DNA of 47,747 nt from Methanotrichaceae archaeon. GTDB lineage: Archaea; Halobacteriota; Methanosarcinia; Methanotrichales; Methanotrichaceae. The translations under genes were made by a program, and so were the position numbers. Shown piece after piece: positions 1-6,386 of the stretch; position 1 is the stretch's first letter; each line of letters starts with the position of its first letter. The notes below the pieces were generated by a model. The model searched no databases and was not told the origin of the DNA. It was given only the letters and a program-made list of their open reading frames with translations. Location: NCBI GenBank assembly GCA_963803145.1, contig CAWDLW010000049.1, positions 1-47,747 on the forward strand. Reading direction: 5' to 3'.

Positions 1-167
1 TCTACACTCTCGGTATTTGAGTGAATGAGCATCGCAAAATTAGTTATGGAGCAATTGGCAACTTCAGTTCATGATATCTGATTGTTCTCTGACAATCATT
101 TAGAGATATCCGGCAACTGACATTTAATTATAGTTTCCCAACAGCCAACTAATTTAAGGCTGACATA

Positions 168-175
168 TTTATAAA
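168..175 (+). promoter_or_regulatory. Probable archaeal TATA box of hsp20
   Basis: TTTATAAA ~45 bp upstream of ATG 220; GGTGAT SD-like site at 211-216. Confidence 0.5.
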
Positions 176-219
176 AATTTAAATACGTTGATAGCTACTA
201 TTATCATTGTGGTGATCCA

Positions 220-651
220 ATGTTCGGGTCGATTTCAGAGGATTTGAATCAACTGCAAAATGGGATAAATAAACTTATGGGATATCTTGGCTTGCCCGGC
301 GAAAGTCAAATGAATTTAGAAGAAGATGTTATAGTGCCTATGGTGGATGTGAAGGAAACAGATGAAGCTGTCATAGTCATTATGGATTTGCCCGGCGTCG
401 ATAGAAACGATGTAGATATCTCCATATTCGATAATACACTACGCGTAGCTGCTGAAAGGAATAGTGAGAAAGAATCAACAAAGAGGTGCTTCTATACGCA
501 AGAGCGTACATATAATAGGTTCGAACGCGCCATTGATTTGCCCGTTGCTATCAGGGCAGATGAAGCTAGGGCAAAGCTGGAAAACGGAATACTCGAGATC
601 ACTCTACCTAAAGAGATAGTAACAACCAGAAAGCGTGTAACCATAGCTTGA
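220..651 (+). CDS. hsp20: Hsp20/alpha-crystallin small heat-shock protein
   Basis: PMVDVKET...DLPGV, ERTYNRFERAIDLP and A.LENGILEITLPK alpha-crystallin motifs. Confidence 0.95.
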   Translation: MFGSISEDLNQLQNGINKLMGYLGLPGESQMNLEEDVIVPMVDVKETDEAVIVIMDLPGVDRNDVDISIFDNTLRVAAERNSEKESTKRCFYTQERTYNRFERAIDLPVAIRADEARAKLENGILEITLPKEIVTTRKRVTIA

Positions 652-696
652 ATATCGCTAAGAATTATTTCGAACACCTATTGTAGTTTATGCTCT

Positions 697-764
697 AGCT
701 TGCAGCATATCGCTGCAAGCTCTCATTTTTCTGCCTTGACAAAGCTTACTGCAAGGGATTGCAG
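697..764. terminator. Two hairpins between convergent genes (terminator-like)
   Basis: AGCTTGCAGC-atatc-GCTGCAAGCT (697-721) followed by a T-tract; CTGCAA-ggga-TTGCAG (749-764). Confidence 0.5.
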
Positions 765-898
765 AGAATATATTGAATTATTGAATGCAAGCTAATACTT
801 GTTCAAAAATTATAAATATTTTAGAATGCAATATAGAATATAATAAATGTTTAGGATGGTATGAGATGGCAAATATAATCACCTGGATATTCGCGCTC

Positions 899-1861
899 CT
901 ATTTCCAAGCATTCGGAAGATTTGGCACAGAAAAGTCCTGAAACTCAGACGATGTTGCCGCCTTTAAGGTACTGTTGGATTTTGAGATATGTTCAACAGA
1001 TTGAACATTTGGTCCGGCATCTACCGATGTCTTTTGGGTGGCCACTGAGACCGTCACACCATCAGTGGTCACTACAATATCGCCATCCAAATCAGTTCTG
1101 TAGATCCTTGAGCCCACTGATTGTAGAGCCCCAAGGGTCTTTTGCGATGGATAGCCATAAACATTGTACATTCCCACCTCTATAATAGCTACACTCGGTT
1201 TGACCTTACTTAAGAACTCAGAGCTTGTAGCTCGATCACTGCCGTGATTCGCAACTTTTAGAACATCGCTTTTCAGATGATAACTTGAATTAAGGAGGCT
1301 ATTCTCTGGCCCGAATCCTGCATCTCCCATAAGCAGGAACGATATATTTCCATAAGTTACCCTGAGGACTACTGAATTGTCATTTATATTATCAAAGTGG
1401 GTTGTAGGAGACAATACTTCAATTTTTACACCGCTATCGAAATCTATCAGTTGACCAGCCTGTGCGATGCTATGAACGATTTTCTTTTTATTAATCTGAT
1501 CTGTGTATGCATCATAGACCCTAGAGGTATGAGCTTCGCCACCATCTATAGCCTGCATAACCTCGAAGTTGTTCAAAACTTTCTGCAAACCGCCTATATG
1601 ATCTGAATTGCTATTGGTAGCTACAAGAAGATCTATCTTTTTGACTCCATTGGCTTTCAGGTATGAAGAGACCGTTGAACCTGCATAGGACTCGCCTCCA
1701 TCTATAAGTGCGTTCTTGCCTGCAAACTGGATAAAGATGCTATCGCCCTGGCCTACGTTCAGGAAATGGACAACTAGGTTATCAGAAGCCTCTACTGAAG
1801 TTACAAAGATCAAGATAGACAGCACCGTGAGAATGTATATCTTCAGGCATGGTTCATTCAT
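899..1861 (-). CDS. Secreted ComEC/Rec2-like MBL-fold protein with degenerate metal-binding site
   Basis: Signal peptide; VGQGD, LIDGG, DHIGG, NDNS, GD, HGS and YRTD..G motifs; HxHxDH is replaced by NSNSDH. Confidence 0.88.
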   Translation of the reverse strand: MNEPCLKIYILTVLSILIFVTSVEASDNLVVHFLNVGQGDSIFIQFAGKNALIDGGESYAGSTVSSYLKANGVKKIDLLVATNSNSDHIGGLQKVLNNFEVMQAIDGGEAHTSRVYDAYTDQINKKKIVHSIAQAGQLIDFDSGVKIEVLSPTTHFDNINDNSVVLRVTYGNISFLLMGDAGFGPENSLLNSSYHLKSDVLKVANHGSDRATSSEFLSKVKPSVAIIEVGMYNVYGYPSQKTLGALQSVGSRIYRTDLDGDIVVTTDGVTVSVATQKTSVDAGPNVQSVEHISKSNSTLKAATSSEFQDFSVPNLPNAWK

Positions 1862-2095
1862 ACCTCAGCCCCCTGGCGGTATTAGGGTTAATACTTCAAA
1901 AGAGTTACGCTGGTCACAGGTTAAATCATACCTAAATCATACATATATTTCCCAAATCGAGTCGTCTTCCCAGAAAGCCTAGATTGCCACTGGCTTAGAG
2001 CGACATAGTGGTATATACGCTATTTGTATGTTATTCATACTTTTTTGTCATTCAATTCTGCTCTTATTGTGATTTTCTATTGTTTTAAGGCCCAG

Positions 2096-2293
2096 GCCGT
2101 AGGGCTGCTCTCTTCGGTATAGTTCTATGACATTCACCCGAAATGCAAAACTACTTGAACCAATGCATTTAGGGAGTTATCCAGGCGGCGAATGAGTGCA
2201 GGCCAACTTCCTTTAGAATATCATATTCTATATGCCTGCGCTCCGCTACAGCCTTATTAATGTCAGATAATTAATCTCTGAATGGGCTGCGGC
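2096..2293 (+). ncRNA. Candidate structured RNA or structured repeat element (unclassified)
   Basis: Several nested stems found by eye; their non-Watson-Crick pairs read as G-U on the + strand. Confidence 0.3.
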
Positions 2294-2346
2294 ATAGTTG
2301 TAGCTAATGATTTCAAGCCTGAAAGTGCGATAAATCCTATGATCGA

Positions 2347-2652
2347 TCATGTGGTTATCTCAAAAGCATTGCCATAATACCCTTCTAGCTGGTTGTCAAG
2401 ATCGGGTAGAGGCATATTATACTTTATGATTGTAATTATTAATTTGTGGCCATTCTCATTTTTATTTTCCAAACTCAGCACATATTGGGTATAACCATTA
2501 GCTACATGTTGCACCTCATTTTTGAGTGGGCCTATCACATTTACCTTATCGAACCCAGGTATATCTACTATCACATTTTAAGGTCCTGCCTTTATAGCTC
2601 CAACTCCAGAGACTAATTAGCCCAATAAAAATGCGGACAGAGGCACTATTTG
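2347..2652 (-). pseudogene. Degraded paralog of the adjacent secreted protein
   Basis: Upstream frame reads IVPLSAFLLG*LVSGVGAIKAGP*NVIVDIPG (two stops); resembles VVGPFTIGYTIDVPG of 2654..3160. Confidence 0.6.
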
Positions 2653-2653
2653 C

Positions 2654-3160
2654 TTAAGTTCGCAATACCTTGAGATTCTGAAGGAATGAATTTGTAATCT
2701 CATCTGGTAATGAAGATTTGACTAATACAATAGTATTGCCTCTTTCGCCATTTCCATCCGGGCTGTATGCCGAAATCGAATAAGGCGTTAAGGATTTAGA
2801 TTCTCGAACTTGAGCCATGAGACAGGACGCATTTCCGATAGGTATCTTATTCCAATTGACTTTGTAGGATTGTGACTTGATCATATCTGTTATCAAGTTC
2901 ATAAGTTTCGGCTCTGTTACGTCTGTGCTATTCCTGTAGTCATCGATTGTAACATTGATCGTCTTTCCCTTTAAGGGATATTCATTTAATTGGAAAAAAT
3001 ATTTATCGAATCCATTCTGCTTTATAGGCTCGGTGACGTTAATAGTAGGTTTTCCAGGAACATCTATAGTATATCCGATTGTGAACGGCCCTACAACTAC
3101 ATTATCAGATAAACCAGATACAACTGCTGGTACAAGCAATAATATCAGCATCAGAAACAA
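2654..3160 (-). CDS. Secreted hypothetical protein (GP[FY]x[IV] N-terminal family)
   Basis: Signal peptide, 168 aa; similar N-terminus to 10297..10839. Confidence 0.8.
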   Translation of the reverse strand: MFLMLILLLVPAVVSGLSDNVVVGPFTIGYTIDVPGKPTINVTEPIKQNGFDKYFFQLNEYPLKGKTINVTIDDYRNSTDVTEPKLMNLITDMIKSQSYKVNWNKIPIGNASCLMAQVRESKSLTPYSISAYSPDGNGERGNTIVLVKSSLPDEITNSFLQNLKVLRT

Positions 3161-3720
3161 GACCCATTTGGCCGTTTGAGCTCCCTCCCACAGTTTGAAG
3201 CAATACTCGATTGGATTTGAAGAGCATCCTATGGTATTAGTAATTATCTATCTATTGGCCTTCTCACTTTATGCGTCTGTGGGTAGAAATATGGAACGTG
3301 GCCTATAATCTCTTTTTGCCCCGGATTAATAGTGCCGCGTGTTGGGATGAGACAAGCCAATCCTTTATAGGTGGGCAGCCACAATTGATGATATGGCTGA
3401 AAAAAACCGACCCCAAGGCAAAAGCAAAAAAGCGATGACCAAAAAAGCAAGGCAAGAAAAGAAGAAAGTGAAATCATGAGCGAAGCCAGAGATAGAAAGA
3501 TGAAGCGTAAGCGCAAACTGGATGAAGAGAAGGCCATTAAAGTCATGAGAGCTTGCAGGTTCAGGCGGTATGATGAGAATAGGTGAGCCCTTCTTTTTTT
3601 GAGCTCCGAATGTTTGAGTTGGTTAGAAGCATAGCCGTGAGCTATACGAGCCAGCCAAGATCCTAAGAAGATCTTAAGGAGAGCGAAGAACAAGCTTTTA
3701 GGGCGATCACTATCAAAGCT

Positions 3721-4014
3721 TTGGCGCTGATTAAGATGGATGAAGCTGAGAGACTAAATTTCCTAATTGACAAGCTGGGATCCGAGAAAGACACGCCTCC
3801 CGAAAAGGCAGCAGAGCGGCTTGAACTCCTTAAGGCAGCAGAAATGCTTGAAAACATGCTCGATATGCACATGGATGAAGACACCGAGAAGGAGGCCGAA
3901 ACACGTTTTGAGATTTCAGGCGGAAGGAGAAATTATGGAAAAGAGCGCGGGAATATAATCAAATTCATGGATTCATTAACTGAAAGGCTGGATCGATATT
4001 TCTCAAGGAAGTAA
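3721..4014 (+). CDS. Hypothetical charged protein, possibly the 3' part of a degraded gene starting near 3393
   Basis: 97-aa E/K-rich ORF with TTG start; interrupted K/R/E-rich frames upstream. Confidence 0.4.
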   Translation: MALIKMDEAERLNFLIDKLGSEKDTPPEKAAERLELLKAAEMLENMLDMHMDEDTEKEAETRFEISGGRRNYGKERGNIIKFMDSLTERLDRYFSRK

Positions 4015-4190
4015 TGCGGCTGATGATCTCTTTTTTGTGCTCCATTTAGTTGCATTTTTCTTGTATCGATAAATAATGTGGTCTACTCTTTGAGTGAATG
4101 AGCTTTGCCTCTTCTGGCAATCCAATTTGTTATGATGCACTAGGGCTTCTGACCATAATTTATATTTCTTCCAACAACTCCTATAACTAT

Positions 4191-6290
4191 ATGAAAAATA
4201 TGAGAATATGTTATTCGCTGTTTCTAATATTATTTTTATTTGCAACAGCATCTGCCCAATATGTTGTCGAGACACCTGCAGGCAACATGAACGCAACGGC
4301 TCTTAAGGAATTGATAACAGAATCAGAAAGGAATTTAGAAGTATATCGTTTCACCCTTGCTCAAGACGAGCAAGTAGAAAGAATTAACCTTACGACAGGC
4401 AGTACGATAAACCAGGCCAGGCTCATTACCCTTGGATCAGGCGCCTTCAACCTTACCGCCAAGGCTACGAAAGTAATAACGGCTTTACTCTCCTATCCAG
4501 TCGGCCAGGAGGAAAATGCAATCTCCATGGCCAATGAGGTATATGTACTCAACAATACCATATACAGCAAGGTTAACGGCAATTGGACGGCAGTGAATCT
4601 GCCACTGCCTGAGAGCGTCTGGACAACACAGAATAGACTCAACCAATCTGCTGAGCTCGCAAACGCATCCGATATCAGGCTTCTCGGCACAGAGGTCATA
4701 GATGGCGAAGGCGTCTATGTTGTGGAGGTCATTCCTAAGATGGGTGCAATCTCCTCCCTGATCAGCAATCAGCTGGGACCGGGCTTTTCAATCTCTTCCA
4801 TAAATCTCAGTGCTCTCTTCAATAACACCCAGGTGAGATATATTATCTGGATCTCTATGGATAGCCACGTTCCTGTGGCTGAATATGTCCAGACAAACAT
4901 AACCATAAATTCTGGAGCGCTGGGCCTATCTGGCAGAGGAAACATAGTGAATCATATTGATTCCGTCACCACATTGGAGTTCAGAGGTTTCAATGAGTCC
5001 GTGAATATTGTGCTGCCTCAGCAGGCAATGCAGGCAGAGATGTTACCATTAACTGGCGCCCAGATATCACCATCAGGTTCTGCGATTTCCCAAGGAGCTT
5101 CGCCCCTAGATCCGCCATCTCCCAGCTATACCAACGCTTTGACGCCTGATATGCAGCAACAACTGTGGTTGGCGGAAGCATACGCATTCCTCAACGGAGG
5201 TTCCTACTCCTATAACAGCCCTATCTACGGTTCCCCTAATATGGCTTACTACGCAGGCTCCTATTACCCATACTATATTCCCTATTACTACCCGTACCCG
5301 ATGAACTATGCGCCATACACATTCCCGGCACAGGGATATATCACACCCACGCAGGGATATGCTACTACCACACCAGGGTATACAACACCTGCACAGGGAT
5401 ACGCTACTACCACATCGGGATACACCACACCTACACAAGGGTATACTACGCCTACACAAGGGTATACTACGCCTACACAAGGGTATACTACGCCTACACA
5501 AGGGTATACTACGCCTACACAAGGGTATACAACCTCTGTGCCGGAATATACCATGATGACTGCCGGTAATTCATCTATTGGCACTTACTTGACCGATGGC
5601 AAAGGCATGACCCTGTACCATCTGTTAAGCGATCAAGGAAGCTACACCAGCAGATGCACCGATGCCACATGTACGGGGATCTGGCCTCCGTTCTACGTGA
5701 GAAGCATAAACGTCCCAGTTAACTTGAACCCGGCCGATTTCAGCACAATAACGGTTAACGGGTACAAACAGTATCAACAGACCACTTATAAGGGCTGGCC
5801 TCTCTACTATTTCTATAGGGATGCTAGGCCGGGGGATATCTATGGCCAGGGCCTAAGCGATAGCTATGGGATTTGGTCTGTAGTGAATCCTGAGATCACC
5901 AACACATTTCCGACAAACTTCCAATATCAATCCGTCGGAGCTGCAGCGACTCAGTATCAATACCCTACGCAGCAACCATCTACAGTAACGATATCGCCTT
6001 CTCCGCCAGCCTATACAACACCATCTCTATATCCATCCGTTCCCACACCCAGACTGGTAACTACACCTGTATCCGGCAACGTGCCGGTGACCATCAGCTA
6101 TCCCGGATCAGGTCCTTTTGACGTATACTTAGATGGAAACTATATCGGCACAGGATCAGGTGGCAGTTTCAGTTTCAACGCACCAGGAGGCACTCACAAT
6201 GTGAGGGTTTGGGACGGCAGCTTCGACTATGAGCAATCATTACTGTTCCAGAACGGAGTGCCTAAGATAATTTATGTGCAGGCTGTGTAG
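4191..6290 (+). CDS. Secreted multidomain protein: LolA/LppX-like domain, Tyr/Pro-rich linker with TTPTQGY repeats, COG4315 Yx(FWY)xxD repeat domain, PEGA-like C-terminus
   Basis: Signal peptide from ATG 4191; YSKVNGNW and GTEVIDG..VYVV motifs; LTDGKGMTLY...C...WPP...QTTYKGWPLYYF..D; FDVYLDGNYIG. Confidence 0.85.
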   Translation: MKNMRICYSLFLILFLFATASAQYVVETPAGNMNATALKELITESERNLEVYRFTLAQDEQVERINLTTGSTINQARLITLGSGAFNLTAKATKVITALLSYPVGQEENAISMANEVYVLNNTIYSKVNGNWTAVNLPLPESVWTTQNRLNQSAELANASDIRLLGTEVIDGEGVYVVEVIPKMGAISSLISNQLGPGFSISSINLSALFNNTQVRYIIWISMDSHVPVAEYVQTNITINSGALGLSGRGNIVNHIDSVTTLEFRGFNESVNIVLPQQAMQAEMLPLTGAQISPSGSAISQGASPLDPPSPSYTNALTPDMQQQLWLAEAYAFLNGGSYSYNSPIYGSPNMAYYAGSYYPYYIPYYYPYPMNYAPYTFPAQGYITPTQGYATTTPGYTTPAQGYATTTSGYTTPTQGYTTPTQGYTTPTQGYTTPTQGYTTPTQGYTTSVPEYTMMTAGNSSIGTYLTDGKGMTLYHLLSDQGSYTSRCTDATCTGIWPPFYVRSINVPVNLNPADFSTITVNGYKQYQQTTYKGWPLYYFYRDARPGDIYGQGLSDSYGIWSVVNPEITNTFPTNFQYQSVGAAATQYQYPTQQPSTVTISPSPPAYTTPSLYPSVPTPRLVTTPVSGNVPVTISYPGSGPFDVYLDGNYIGTGSGGSFSFNAPGGTHNVRVWDGSFDYEQSLLFQNGVPKIIYVQAV
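5430..5530 (+). repeat. 21-bp coding tandem repeat (PTQGYTT)
   Basis: CCTACACAAGGGTATACTACG x4 plus a partial copy; degenerate copies extend upstream to ~5330. Confidence 0.95.
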
Positions 6291-6386
6291 CAGCGCCCAT
6301 TATCTGCTTTACAGCCCATTTTACTTTTTAGTTTACTTGTACTTGTTTATCTTCCTAGTATAGCATCGAATTCATTGGATTTCTTG

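Noticed and set aside
3244-3693. 149-aa minus-strand ORF
   Set aside because: F/L/S-rich antisense of an A-rich plus-strand tract; no recognisable motif
5106-5584. Alternative-frame ORFs (CRRSIPL, VVYPCVG, LHKGILR repeats)
   Set aside because: By-products of the in-frame 21-bp repeat
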